64,000 nt of DNA from an uncultured Saprospiraceae bacterium. Its GTDB lineage: Bacteria > Bacteroidota > Bacteroidia > Chitinophagales > Saprospiraceae. This document shows positions 50,748 through 60,368 of the stretch, piece by piece (position 1 is the stretch's first letter; each line of letters begins with the position of its first letter). A program made the translations under genes and the position numbers. The stretch is from positions 4,918-68,917 of the forward strand of contig CAYFGK010000006.1 in the NCBI GenBank assembly GCA_964342305.1. Reading direction: 5' to 3'. The notes beneath the pieces are model-generated. The model had not been told where the DNA came from and searched no databases. It saw only the letters and a list, made by a program, of their open reading frames with translations.

Positions 50748-51866
50748 TTACTTATCAAACCCAATGCTCAGATTGATCTTGGCACTCAATCCGACGAAAG
50801 GTCGAACGTACAGGGAGTTACTGGGGGCTTCCGCATCGGAGCGTTCCAGCAAGACGCCTCCGGCATTCAGGTAGACGAACTGAAAAAGCTTGTAGTCAAA
50901 GCTGGCGTAGATAGGTTGGCCTACTACCGGACCGGTAAATGTTTGTCCGGATTCGCGTTCCAGATCATTGAGCATAATACCTACTCCCACGTACAAATTG
51001 CTGAAGAATTTACCGCTGAAAGCGCTGTTCCCGAATGGAAAGCTCACACCAACATAGGGCGACGTGTCGTATTCAAAATCGTCTTCCGAATCGCCGGCCA
51101 GCCCGATACCGCCGTAACCTGCATTGATGGATAAGGCGCCCTGCTTGGTCTCCGTAGGGACGTTATCGAGGTAGCGCTCATCGGCCAGCGTATACCAGGT
51201 ATCACTTAGGTAATCGATCAACTCTTCCCGCATCAATCCCAGGGCAGCCTCCTGCCTGTCTTTCAGGGCGGGCACTTCCGCTTCTTCAAGAGCATTCAGT
51301 TGCTCGAGCAGGAGATCGGAGAATATCCGGTCCTGGCGTTTGAGGGACCGGTGATAGCCTGCTAATTTTTCCCGGATCAGGCTTTCCATCTTTTCCCGCA
51401 GGTTCTTTGGTCGCTCGTCCAGATCAATATCTTTCCCCGAAACGAGTATCTGGGCTTTCAAATATTCCTCCATCTGGTATCGCAGGCGATCGGTGATCTC
51501 CCGCATCTCCTTGTCCGAAGCAGCGCGGTAGAAAGCCAGACGGATATCGTAGCGGGTGGATGGTCGCAGTCGGTAGTGAACCGGGATAGTGTATTCACCT
51601 CCGGATTGCTCCATGGGTTTCTTCCAGGAACCTTCGTGCAGGGGCTTCCGGCTTTCCATCCCCTTCTCCGGGTAGATCGCCAATTGGACGTATTCAATGG
51701 CTGCGGGTATTTTTCCTTTAATCAGGAGATCTTCACCGGCCGGCAATTCCTGGTTATTGGCAAATATATTTTTGTCGTAATCTAATAACACTTCGCTGTA
51801 TTGACTTAAACCGGGTGTGACCCAGGTTATAAAACACAGGAATATCAGGGTACATCTCTTCAACAT
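50748..51866 (-). CDS. hypothetical secreted protein, possible outer-membrane beta-barrel C-terminal domain
   Basis: 372 aa; signal peptide MLKRCTLIFLCFITWVTPGLSQ; helical middle; alternating-hydrophobic C-terminal third. Confidence 0.6.
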   Translation of the reverse strand: MLKRCTLIFLCFITWVTPGLSQYSEVLLDYDKNIFANNQELPAGEDLLIKGKIPAAIEYVQLAIYPEKGMESRKPLHEGSWKKPMEQSGGEYTIPVHYRLRPSTRYDIRLAFYRAASDKEMREITDRLRYQMEEYLKAQILVSGKDIDLDERPKNLREKMESLIREKLAGYHRSLKRQDRIFSDLLLEQLNALEEAEVPALKDRQEAALGLMREELIDYLSDTWYTLADERYLDNVPTETKQGALSINAGYGGIGLAGDSEDDFEYDTSPYVGVSFPFGNSAFSGKFFSNLYVGVGIMLNDLERESGQTFTGPVVGQPIYASFDYKLFQFVYLNAGGVLLERSDAEAPSNSLYVRPFVGLSAKINLSIGFDK

Positions 51867-51910
51867 AAGGATATGACTTTTTATTTCTAGACGAATGATT
51901 GACTAAATGG

Positions 51911-52165
51911 TCACTGCACTGCGAGGCGTAACCGAATGGGACCCCGGAAGGACTTAGCCGGGTCAAGGACGTTGGGGCCTTGAGTGATGATTATGTCTCC
52001 CCGGTTGGCCAGGCGCCGCGCCTCTATTCGAACCTCTTCCATACGGGGCCGCCAATCAGATTGGAATAGATTGCGGGCGACCTCCGATGGACAAATCGTC
52101 TTCCCGGGCCCCCTTTTTCGGCAGAGGCCCAGAATGACGGATTCAATGTGCTCGTTGTGCTCCAT
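51911..52165 (-). CDS. DUF3253 domain protein
   Basis: 84 aa; ICPSEVAR...W...VR..A..L...G.I.ITQ...V.....RGPIRLR pattern recalled for DUF3253. Confidence 0.6.
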   Translation of the reverse strand: MEHNEHIESVILGLCRKRGPGKTICPSEVARNLFQSDWRPRMEEVRIEARRLANRGDIIITQGPNVLDPAKSFRGPIRLRLAVQ

Positions 52166-52271
52166 ACGCAGGTGAAACGCAATAGGTCAATGGTTGTTTA
52201 CTAGTTCCCCACGCCGGGAATTACTCCGGAAATCCGCGAACAATTCGGCTTTTTTCCCTTTCTAAAAGTGA

Positions 52272-52769
52272 ATGTTTACCTACAAAACACCTGACATGAA
52301 ACAGATTGCTATTAAATACGGAATGTGGATGCTGGCGGGATTTATCGCCTTTTTTCTAATCATGTATCTGATTGGACAAGCCGACAATACCTACCTCCGT
52401 CTGTTTAACGGTGTCATTCATTTAACTTTGATGGGGCTGGCGATTAATGAATACCGCAAGCTTCGCCCCGATACCGTGCATAACTATGTGTCCGGCGTGG
52501 GAACCGCCTTTTATACCTCTGCATTTGGTGTGATTGGTTTCGGTGTTTTCATGATGATCTTCCTGAGTTTTGATCCGCAGTTAATGCAGGCAATTAACGA
52601 CCATATTCCACTTGATACCGCTAAAACAGGATTTAATCCCGTAACCTCCGGTGTCATGGTCATTGCGGAAGGGATTGCCACTACTCTCGTTGGCTCCTAT
52701 ATCATAACGCGCATCATCGACGCCCGACTGGAGGAATCCAGCATGCCAACTTCCTCCTACGAAGGGTAG
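52272..52769 (+). CDS. DUF4199-like membrane protein
   Basis: 165 aa, four TM helices; family assignment from memory only. Confidence 0.5.
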   Translation: MFTYKTPDMKQIAIKYGMWMLAGFIAFFLIMYLIGQADNTYLRLFNGVIHLTLMGLAINEYRKLRPDTVHNYVSGVGTAFYTSAFGVIGFGVFMMIFLSFDPQLMQAINDHIPLDTAKTGFNPVTSGVMVIAEGIATTLVGSYIITRIIDARLEESSMPTSSYEG

Positions 52770-53054
52770 GCATAACAATAGCCTTACGGCAAAAAGATTA
52801 GAAGCCAGGCCATAGTGTCTGGTACAGTGTTCTGCACAGCGATTCTATCCAAACAAAATGGTTGTAAGCAGTAGTCAGGACCGGTTTGCCCGGAATCTCC
52901 CGACGACGCCTTACAACCTTTTCTTATGGCATTCACTATGTTTTTGGTAAATCTCCTACCAGTTTCTCAGTAAAAAGACTTGAAATTACACCAACTACAA
53001 TGACAACATTTTGAATGTATGCCCGTATAACCCCCTAACACAGAATTTACACCT

Positions 53055-53717
53055 ATGAACTATTCGCTGTTAGAGGATCTAATTGACGTACTGAAGCAGT
53101 ACGAGGCGGAAAACGGATCAGCCACTTTATCCGATTTTTCTGCCTGGCTCTACGAACAACAACATCACGAAGCAACCGACTCCGAAGCACACGGATCCCC
53201 CCGCATTCATCAGGAATTGAATGAATCCATTATGCAGCAATTGGTTGACCTTTACCAACACGCCCGCCATTACATCAAAACCGCCCTTAAAAACTCCCCC
53301 CTGAAAGGCATTTTTGACTTTACCTTCCTGAGTACCCTCGACGAGATGGGTGATCTGAGGAAATCTGATCTCATCCACTACAATACCGTGGAGTTTTCAC
53401 CGGGCATGGAAGTTATTCGCCGCCTCATTCGCAACGGCCTGATCGAGGATTACGATGATCCCGATGATGGGCGTTCCAAGAAAGTACGATTGACCACGAG
53501 TGGACGCAACATGCTAGAGCAAGTGCGTCCATCCATGGAATTGGTCCAGCAAATCCTGGCCGGCAACCTGAGTTTGCGCGAAAAACGGCATACCCTGTCG
53601 GGCCTGCGCAAACTAACCCATTTTCACGGTCCCATCTGGGAGCAACAACACGGAGAGGAACTCGACAAGATTGCTACCTTTGGAGCGAGAGCCCAAAGTG
53701 TCGAACAACCTTCGTAA
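53055..53717 (+). CDS. MarR-like winged-helix transcriptional regulator
   Basis: 220 aa; wHTH region KSDLIHYNTVEFSPGMEVIRRLIRNGLIEDYDDPDDGRSKKVRLTTSGR. Confidence 0.65.
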   Translation: MNYSLLEDLIDVLKQYEAENGSATLSDFSAWLYEQQHHEATDSEAHGSPRIHQELNESIMQQLVDLYQHARHYIKTALKNSPLKGIFDFTFLSTLDEMGDLRKSDLIHYNTVEFSPGMEVIRRLIRNGLIEDYDDPDDGRSKKVRLTTSGRNMLEQVRPSMELVQQILAGNLSLREKRHTLSGLRKLTHFHGPIWEQQHGEELDKIATFGARAQSVEQPS

Positions 53718-53720
53718 TGC

Positions 53721-54857
53721 ATGCACCTACTGGTCTGCTCGGACGCCTTTAAGGAAGGCGCCGACGCTCCAACTGTCTGCTCGGCTATGGCTCGGGGAGT
53801 ACGCTTGGTATACCCTGGGGCCAACGTCGATGAATGTCCTCTTGCCGATGGCGGGGAGGGTACCGCCCGTATCCTTACTCAGGCTTTAGGCGGCGAGTGG
53901 ACAGCCGTATCGGTATCTGACCCGCTGGGGCGACCGGTAACCGCCGGCTACGGATGGCTTGCCCACGACACCACGGCCCTGATCGATATGGCCGAAGCAT
54001 CGGGCTTACAGCACCTGGAAACCGGTGAACGCAATGCGCTGCAGGCTACTTCCTTTGGTACCGGGCAGCTTATTCGCCACGCCCTCGAGCGAGGTGCACG
54101 TACTATATATCTGGGCCTGGGCGGCAGCGCTACGACCGATGCCGGCATGGGTATGGCATCGGCCCTGGGCATCCGGTCATTCTCGGGGGGCAGACTTATC
54201 GAGTATCCTGCCGGTGAACACTTATCGCGCATTGATCAGATCGATCGATCAGACATGCATCCGCTTTTGGCGAAAGCTACCTTCCGCATACTGTGTGATG
54301 TCCGGAATCCACTATTTGGTCCGCAGGGAGCTGCCCATGTGTATGCCCCTCAGAAGGGAGCCAGCGGAGCACAGGTCGAACTTCTCGACGACGGTTTGCA
54401 AGCGATACACCAGTTGTGGAAGAAGACTTTGGAACGGGACGTCTCCCGACAACCCGGAGCTGGGGCTGCCGGCGGCTTGGGCGCAGCGGCCCTCCTGTTC
54501 TTAAACGGCGCATTAGTCTCCGGTGCCGAGACCGTATTGGATCTGGTAAATATAGATGAGCGCATGGCCCGCGCACAACTCATCCTTACCGGCGAAGGTA
54601 GCCTCGACGAACAGAGTTTGCATGGCAAGTTGATCGAACGGCTGGCTATCAGAGCAAATCGGCAACAAATCCCCATTATCGCTCTTTGTGGTCGCCTGGT
54701 ATTATCCCCCCGGCAGTTGCAATCATCTGGTCTGCTGGCCGCCTTCCCCATCCAACCCGGCCCCGTCTCCCTCGGGGACGCACTAGCCAATACCACCGAC
54801 AACCTGGAACAGACTGCCGCTCGCGTCGCAGCAACTTTTTTTGGCCGAAAGACCTGA
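53721..54857 (+). CDS. glycerate kinase
   Basis: 378 aa; N-terminal ..CSDAFKEG.. (DSFKGS-type), GGSATTDAG and ITGEGSLDEQSL.GK blocks of the GlxK/GarK family. Confidence 0.85.
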   Translation: MHLLVCSDAFKEGADAPTVCSAMARGVRLVYPGANVDECPLADGGEGTARILTQALGGEWTAVSVSDPLGRPVTAGYGWLAHDTTALIDMAEASGLQHLETGERNALQATSFGTGQLIRHALERGARTIYLGLGGSATTDAGMGMASALGIRSFSGGRLIEYPAGEHLSRIDQIDRSDMHPLLAKATFRILCDVRNPLFGPQGAAHVYAPQKGASGAQVELLDDGLQAIHQLWKKTLERDVSRQPGAGAAGGLGAAALLFLNGALVSGAETVLDLVNIDERMARAQLILTGEGSLDEQSLHGKLIERLAIRANRQQIPIIALCGRLVLSPRQLQSSGLLAAFPIQPGPVSLGDALANTTDNLEQTAARVAATFFGRKT

Positions 54858-54905
54858 ATCATGGAAACCGGTTACAATTGATTTTTTATTTTCCAGAAAA
54901 AAGCC

Positions 54906-56486
54906 ATGTACCGATATCTATTTTTCGTGCTCCTGCTAGCCACCGCCTGGGGCTGTCAGCAGGAGGCTCCCGCAACCACCTACTCCGAGGATAAAAAAGA
55001 ACTGCCACCCCGGGAACGATTCGGAGACCTGTTCATCGAAGCGCAAATGGCCGGTATCTTTCCCGACGGCAAAACCGTGGTGGATTGTATTCCGAAATAT
55101 CCTACCGACCAGATTATGGAGGAGTATAATGAAGCCCGCCAGCAGGAGGATTTCGACATTGAGGCCTTCTGGTTGGCCCACTTCGAGGAACCTCCTCAGT
55201 ACGCTACGGGTTTCGCCAGTGAATCCAGTCGCTCGGTCAGTGAGCACATCGAGGTGTTGTGGGACGTACTGACCCGCCAACCCGACGACCAGGATGCGGG
55301 CACACTCATTCCGTTACCCAATCCCTACATTGTACCCGGCGGCCGTTTCCGGGAGATCTACTACTGGGACAGCTATTTTACCATGCTGGGGCTCATTGCC
55401 GATGATCGCACGGATATGGTCGAAAACATGGTGGATAATTTTGCCTATCTCATCGATACCATCGGCTTTATCCCCAACGGGAACCGCACCTATTTCCTGA
55501 CCCGTTCCCAGCCCCCCTTCTTTGCCCTTATGGTCGAATTACTGGCGGAGGAGAAAGGCCCGGAAGTATTGGAGAATTATCTGCCGCAACTGGAACGCGA
55601 ATACGCTTTCTGGATGAACGGCCTCCAGGAAGTTTCCCAGCAAAATCCTATGGTAGAGCACGTAGTACGCATGCCCGACGGCGCTATTCTCAACCGTTAT
55701 TACGACCAGGGTGATTACCCGCGCGAGGAAATGTGGAAGGACGACGTGGAAGTAGCGGAAGCCAGCGGGCGGTCCGAATCAGACATTTATGCCGACCTGC
55801 GGGCAGCCTGTGAATCGGGCTGGGATTTCAGCAGCCGGTGGTTCTCCGATAGCGAGACCCTCATGACGGTACAAACGACCAGCATCATACCGGTCGATCT
55901 GAATGCTTTGTTATTCCAGCTGGAGAGTACCATTGCCCGCGCTCACCGCGAAGCCGGGTCAGCGGAGGAAGCGGAAGCCTTCGAAGCCAAAGCGCAGGCA
56001 CGCGCAGAGGCTTTGCAGCTCTATTGCTGGGACGAGGAAGGAGGGTTCTTCCGCGATTACCACTTTGTCGAACAACGCTTCACCCCCGTTCGCTCCCTGG
56101 CCGGTGTATTCCCCTTATTCGTAGGTATTGCTGATAACGAACAGGGCGAACTGGTAGCACAAACCCTGAGGGAAGCGTTTTTGTATCCCGGTGGCCTGGT
56201 CTCGACACCCAATGAAACCGGTCAACAGTGGGACGCGCCCAACGGATGGGCTCCTCTCCAATACATGGCCATCCAGGGGCTGCGCCGCACCGGACAAAGC
56301 GAACTTGCCACGGAAATCCGCGACCGTTGGGTCGCCCTGAATCGCCGGGTGTACGAAGACACCGGAAAGCTGGTCGAAAAGTATAATGTGGTCGACATAA
56401 CCCTTGAATCAGGCGGGGGAGAATACCCGGTCCAGGATGGTTTTGGCTGGACCAATGGTGTTCTGCAGGCACTGATCAAGGAATAG
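54906..56486 (+). CDS. treA: trehalase (GH37)
   Basis: 526 aa; signal/lipoprotein-like N-terminus; GH37 signature PGGRFREIYYWDSYF and QWDAPNGWAPLQ. Confidence 0.9.
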   Translation: MYRYLFFVLLLATAWGCQQEAPATTYSEDKKELPPRERFGDLFIEAQMAGIFPDGKTVVDCIPKYPTDQIMEEYNEARQQEDFDIEAFWLAHFEEPPQYATGFASESSRSVSEHIEVLWDVLTRQPDDQDAGTLIPLPNPYIVPGGRFREIYYWDSYFTMLGLIADDRTDMVENMVDNFAYLIDTIGFIPNGNRTYFLTRSQPPFFALMVELLAEEKGPEVLENYLPQLEREYAFWMNGLQEVSQQNPMVEHVVRMPDGAILNRYYDQGDYPREEMWKDDVEVAEASGRSESDIYADLRAACESGWDFSSRWFSDSETLMTVQTTSIIPVDLNALLFQLESTIARAHREAGSAEEAEAFEAKAQARAEALQLYCWDEEGGFFRDYHFVEQRFTPVRSLAGVFPLFVGIADNEQGELVAQTLREAFLYPGGLVSTPNETGQQWDAPNGWAPLQYMAIQGLRRTGQSELATEIRDRWVALNRRVYEDTGKLVEKYNVVDITLESGGGEYPVQDGFGWTNGVLQALIKE

Positions 56487-56525
56487 TGCACGGAGCGGAA
56501 CCGATTTGCTGTTTTTCCGTACAAA

Positions 56526-56560
56526 ATGCCAGCTACCGGTAGTGTTCCGGTAGCTGGCAT
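56526..56560 (+). terminator. hairpin terminator after trehalase
   Basis: perfect 14-bp stem atgccagctaccgg / ccggtagctggcat, 7-nt loop, followed by ctttgtt. Confidence 0.6.
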
Positions 56561-56591
56561 CTTTGTTCAAACAGCAATCAACCCAAACCTC

Positions 56592-59500
56592 ATGGCTACC
56601 CCTCTCCGGATGCTTCGCCCGGCATGCCTCCTGTCTCTTGTAATACCTTGTCTGTTTCCAAGCCTGTTGCGTGCCCAGGGAGGCAGCACCTGCTCTACGG
56701 CCCAACTCATTGCCCCCGGCACCCACCGTACGGAGGGACTGGTTTCCGGTAATGGTGCCTTCCGCTCCGATGCCCGCCACGCTCGCTGGTTTGCGTACGT
56801 GCCTCCTGCCAATGGTTTGTTATCGATCACCAGTTGCGGGGGTGCCGCTGACACCCGCCTTCAGATCTACCGAAACAATTGTAGTGGAGAAACCTGGTGG
56901 GTTTCCAGCGACGACGCCTGCGATATTGATGGAACTGCTGCCACCAGGAACACCTACGCCGCCGCCGTTGAAGGTTTGTATGTGGAGGGCGGCGACACCC
57001 TCCTCATCGAATGGGACGACCACTGGGATAATAATGGATTTGACTGGGAACTCCTCTTTCAGGAACAACCAACCGATGGGGGGCTGGCCCCGATTTCAGC
57101 CTTACGGCAAATTCCCGCTCACCGATACCCCGAGGGTTATGCATTACGGGTTAGATTAGCAAACCGCGGTTCCCGGGCTTTAAACCAGGCTCTGATTTCA
57201 ACCCGTGTACAATCGTCGGATTCCACTCTCTTCAATGAGACTATTCCGCTGCCCACCCTGCCCGGAAAAACAGAGCGCGACGTAACTACGGCAACACTAA
57301 CGTTAATCCCAAATACGGAATACCACATCACATTTATTCTGAGTGACCCCATCGACACCTACCCGGATAATGATACCATCCGACAAACGATACGCACCAC
57401 CGAAAACACCTATGCTCAGGACGAAGGCCTAACCGGCTCACTGGCGGGCACCGGTGATGAAATCACCCGGTTCGGGCAGGTGATACGCTTCGACCGCACC
57501 GAACTCCTGCGCGGCATCAGCATGTATCGCAGTGGCGGAACCAAAGGCGATTCCCTCTACCTCCACCTCTACGAGGTCACCGAATCAGGGCCGGGGCAAA
57601 AATTGCGCACCGCAGGGCCCTTTTTGCTGACAAGCAATTCCGAAGCCTGGCAATGGCTACCATTGGAATCCGCATGGTCCACAACCGCGGGGTTCCCCTA
57701 CCTCATAGCCGTAGAGCATCACCCTTCCGGCCATCGGTTACAGGTAGGTATTTCCCAATCCGAACCAGCCACGTCAGGCGGATGGCGCCAGATCGGAGGC
57801 GGCGATTGGCAAAGCAATGCGTCTGCCGGACTACCAGCCAACTGGCTTATCCGGCAACACCTCGACATCCCCACCGTACCCGTTACCCTCCCGGTGCAAT
57901 GGCCCGATAGTCTGAAACCGGAAGTTCCCATGGTCATCCTGGCTACCGGATCTGATACAACTGGCCCGTGGCCCATGGAAGCAGTGAATGATTCTACCTG
58001 GCAATACCAAACCAACCGGTCGGTGGGCGATACGGTCCGCTATCGCTTCGTACGGAGCGGAAACGGCCTTGCCGAACCAGTTCCTGTTGCCTGTTCAGTC
58101 ACCGGTCCCGACGGAGAAAACTGGCGGCAGTTAGTTATTCCCCAGGGTGGTGAGGCCACTGCCGGCCTGGTGTGCTGGTCGCGATGTACGCCCTGCTCGA
58201 TGGACCCGGCCTGCATAGGACCCGATTTACTACGCTGTGAGACCTTCGATCAATATACGTTGGGGACACCTCCCGGCACACAGGCTCCCTGGTGGATGCC
58301 CCGGCGACCAGCCGAAGACGGAGTTATCACCGCTCAACAGTCCGTGAGTCCCCCGCATGCCCTTTACCTTGACCCCGGCGGCCGCACCCGGACCGCCCTG
58401 CAATTGCCCGATCTGTCACCAGGAGGAATTTATCGGGTAGAGATGCAAGTACAGGTGCCGACGGGTGCCAGTGCCGGTTTGGAACTCACTAGTGCAGGTA
58501 GTCCCGATATGGCGCCCTTTTTTGGTGTATTGCTGGGTACCGATCCCCGGGGGGAAGCATCCTCCAGCGGGCAAGGATACACGCTGCCCAATCGTCTGGG
58601 ATTAAGCTATCCGGCCGGGGAGTGGTTTACCCTGGTTTGGTTGTTCGACATGAACCGACGACGTTTGCGTTGCACGCTGAACGGAAACCTCATCGACGAA
58701 GTCAGCCTGTCGGAAACACCTACCGAAGTGCGTTTTTTCTCCCCGAACCGTTCAACGGAGTTCTTCGTGGATGATGTCCGCATCCGTCAACTCGGCAATT
58801 GCCGGTCGGATGCTCTGGTCTGTGAATCCTTCGAATGGTATTTTGCCGGTCAGGCGCCCTCGGGACCGGCAAGCGACTGGTTGCGATCCGACACTTCCGG
58901 TATCGTCACCAATGACCGCTCGGGTACCGGGCTGCACAGTTTGTATTTTCAGCGTGGCTCCTTCGAACGATCCGACTTATTCTTAGGTGGTTTTCAGCAG
59001 GGACGGTTCGAACTGCGTTGGCAACAGTATATGCCCAGCAGTCAGGCCAGCGGACTGGAATTACGCGGTAGCGACGACCTTCCCTTCTTTCGGCTCCTGC
59101 ACAACCGCAACGGACAGCGGGGTGGAGAAGCCATGGTCGGTGCTTTCGAAGCTTTCTATGCCTATCCGGAATCACAATGGATGGATTACCGCCTGGTAAT
59201 CGATTTTTCCCTGCGAACCATTGATGTTGAACTCAATGGAGAAACCGTCGTCCGGGGGGTTCGCTTTCGCAAAAACAATTTGGGCTACCTGTCCTTCTTT
59301 GTACCCAATGCTTTTGGTCAATTTTGGGTCGATGATATCCAATTGCGCAGTCTGCCGGGATTACAATCCGAAGTAACTTTCGGGGTTGACCTGAGTCGGT
59401 TGCCCCGGGGGAGTGATCAGGCCTACCTGGTCGGGTCTTTCAATGACTGGACCCCTATTCTCATGGAACCCGCAGGTAATGGCCAGTTTACTACTACCCT

Positions 59501-59951
59501 GACACTACCTGCCGGAGACACCATTGGGTTTGCCTATCTCAACGAGATGCAGCTTCGCGAACCCGACGATGCACTTTTGGAATGTGGTCTGGGAAATGAC
59601 GCCGGTTCCATCGATCGGCTGCTGATCGTCGGAGGACAGCCCATAGACCTTGGCTTTCCTTGCTATGGATTCTGTTCGCCCTGCTCCAACGTTACCAGCA
59701 CTTCCGATGGAGATGCTCCGAAAGTCGATTGGCGGGTGTTTCCCAATCCGGCGCGGGATCAGGTGCAGATCGACTGGCCAGTTCAACGCCCCATCCAGGG
59801 GATCACCGTGAGGGACCTGACGGGGCGTACGGTCTGGAAGACCGGGAATCCGGTCACCTCCTTGGCGGTTAATAACTGGCCCCGGGGGACTTACTTCATT
59901 ACCATCTACTCGGATGGCTACGCTTATACCCGGAAACTCATGCGCTACTAA
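56592..59951 (+). CDS. large secreted multidomain protein with T9SS C-terminal sorting domain
   Basis: start moved to MATPLRMLRPACLLSLVIPCLFPSLLRAQ (ATG 56592); CBM20/48-like block YLVGSFNDWTPILMEP; C-terminal VFPNPARDQVQI...GTYFITIYSDG...KLMRY matches the T9SS type A CTD. Confidence 0.8.
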   Translation: MATPLRMLRPACLLSLVIPCLFPSLLRAQGGSTCSTAQLIAPGTHRTEGLVSGNGAFRSDARHARWFAYVPPANGLLSITSCGGAADTRLQIYRNNCSGETWWVSSDDACDIDGTAATRNTYAAAVEGLYVEGGDTLLIEWDDHWDNNGFDWELLFQEQPTDGGLAPISALRQIPAHRYPEGYALRVRLANRGSRALNQALISTRVQSSDSTLFNETIPLPTLPGKTERDVTTATLTLIPNTEYHITFILSDPIDTYPDNDTIRQTIRTTENTYAQDEGLTGSLAGTGDEITRFGQVIRFDRTELLRGISMYRSGGTKGDSLYLHLYEVTESGPGQKLRTAGPFLLTSNSEAWQWLPLESAWSTTAGFPYLIAVEHHPSGHRLQVGISQSEPATSGGWRQIGGGDWQSNASAGLPANWLIRQHLDIPTVPVTLPVQWPDSLKPEVPMVILATGSDTTGPWPMEAVNDSTWQYQTNRSVGDTVRYRFVRSGNGLAEPVPVACSVTGPDGENWRQLVIPQGGEATAGLVCWSRCTPCSMDPACIGPDLLRCETFDQYTLGTPPGTQAPWWMPRRPAEDGVITAQQSVSPPHALYLDPGGRTRTALQLPDLSPGGIYRVEMQVQVPTGASAGLELTSAGSPDMAPFFGVLLGTDPRGEASSSGQGYTLPNRLGLSYPAGEWFTLVWLFDMNRRRLRCTLNGNLIDEVSLSETPTEVRFFSPNRSTEFFVDDVRIRQLGNCRSDALVCESFEWYFAGQAPSGPASDWLRSDTSGIVTNDRSGTGLHSLYFQRGSFERSDLFLGGFQQGRFELRWQQYMPSSQASGLELRGSDDLPFFRLLHNRNGQRGGEAMVGAFEAFYAYPESQWMDYRLVIDFSLRTIDVELNGETVVRGVRFRKNNLGYLSFFVPNAFGQFWVDDIQLRSLPGLQSEVTFGVDLSRLPRGSDQAYLVGSFNDWTPILMEPAGNGQFTTTLTLPAGDTIGFAYLNEMQLREPDDALLECGLGNDAGSIDRLLIVGGQPIDLGFPCYGFCSPCSNVTSTSDGDAPKVDWRVFPNPARDQVQIDWPVQRPIQGITVRDLTGRTVWKTGNPVTSLAVNNWPRGTYFITIYSDGYAYTRKLMRY

Positions 59952-60000
59952 AAACGTGAGGTCATGGATTAGTTGGTTACTAAACATAGCATCTCACCTT

Positions 60001-60122
60001 GGTATAGGGTATATAGTGGCAGGGCTTACTGAAATCCATATTCCCTATACCTACTACCCTGTACCGGGAGGCTGGGACTTACCTATCTTCACTTTATCCT
60101 CTGGTCTGTGCCCAGTACTCTG
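60001..60122. repeat. GGTATNN-array hairpin element, copy 3 of 3
   Basis: ggtatagggtatat ... atattccctatacc stem, then taccgggaggctgggac...gtgcccagtactctg; aligns with the other two copies. Confidence 0.55.
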
Positions 60123-60368
60123 TAATCTAAGTTATTTGAAAATATGGGTAGGGCATTTTGGTAAAAGACAAGGTGTATATCCAAGAGTGGGGTGAAGGGG
60201 CCCTACTCTTGGATCGGAGCATCCGTACGGACGCGACCGACGAGCAACGAAGTATTTTGCCGAAAGGCACAGCCATAAGTCAAAGTTACTTAGGTTACAG
60301 AGTACTCAGCCTCACGATAAAAAAGTCGGGCAATCTTATTACTTTTCCGCCCGACCAACCCAAACGAT

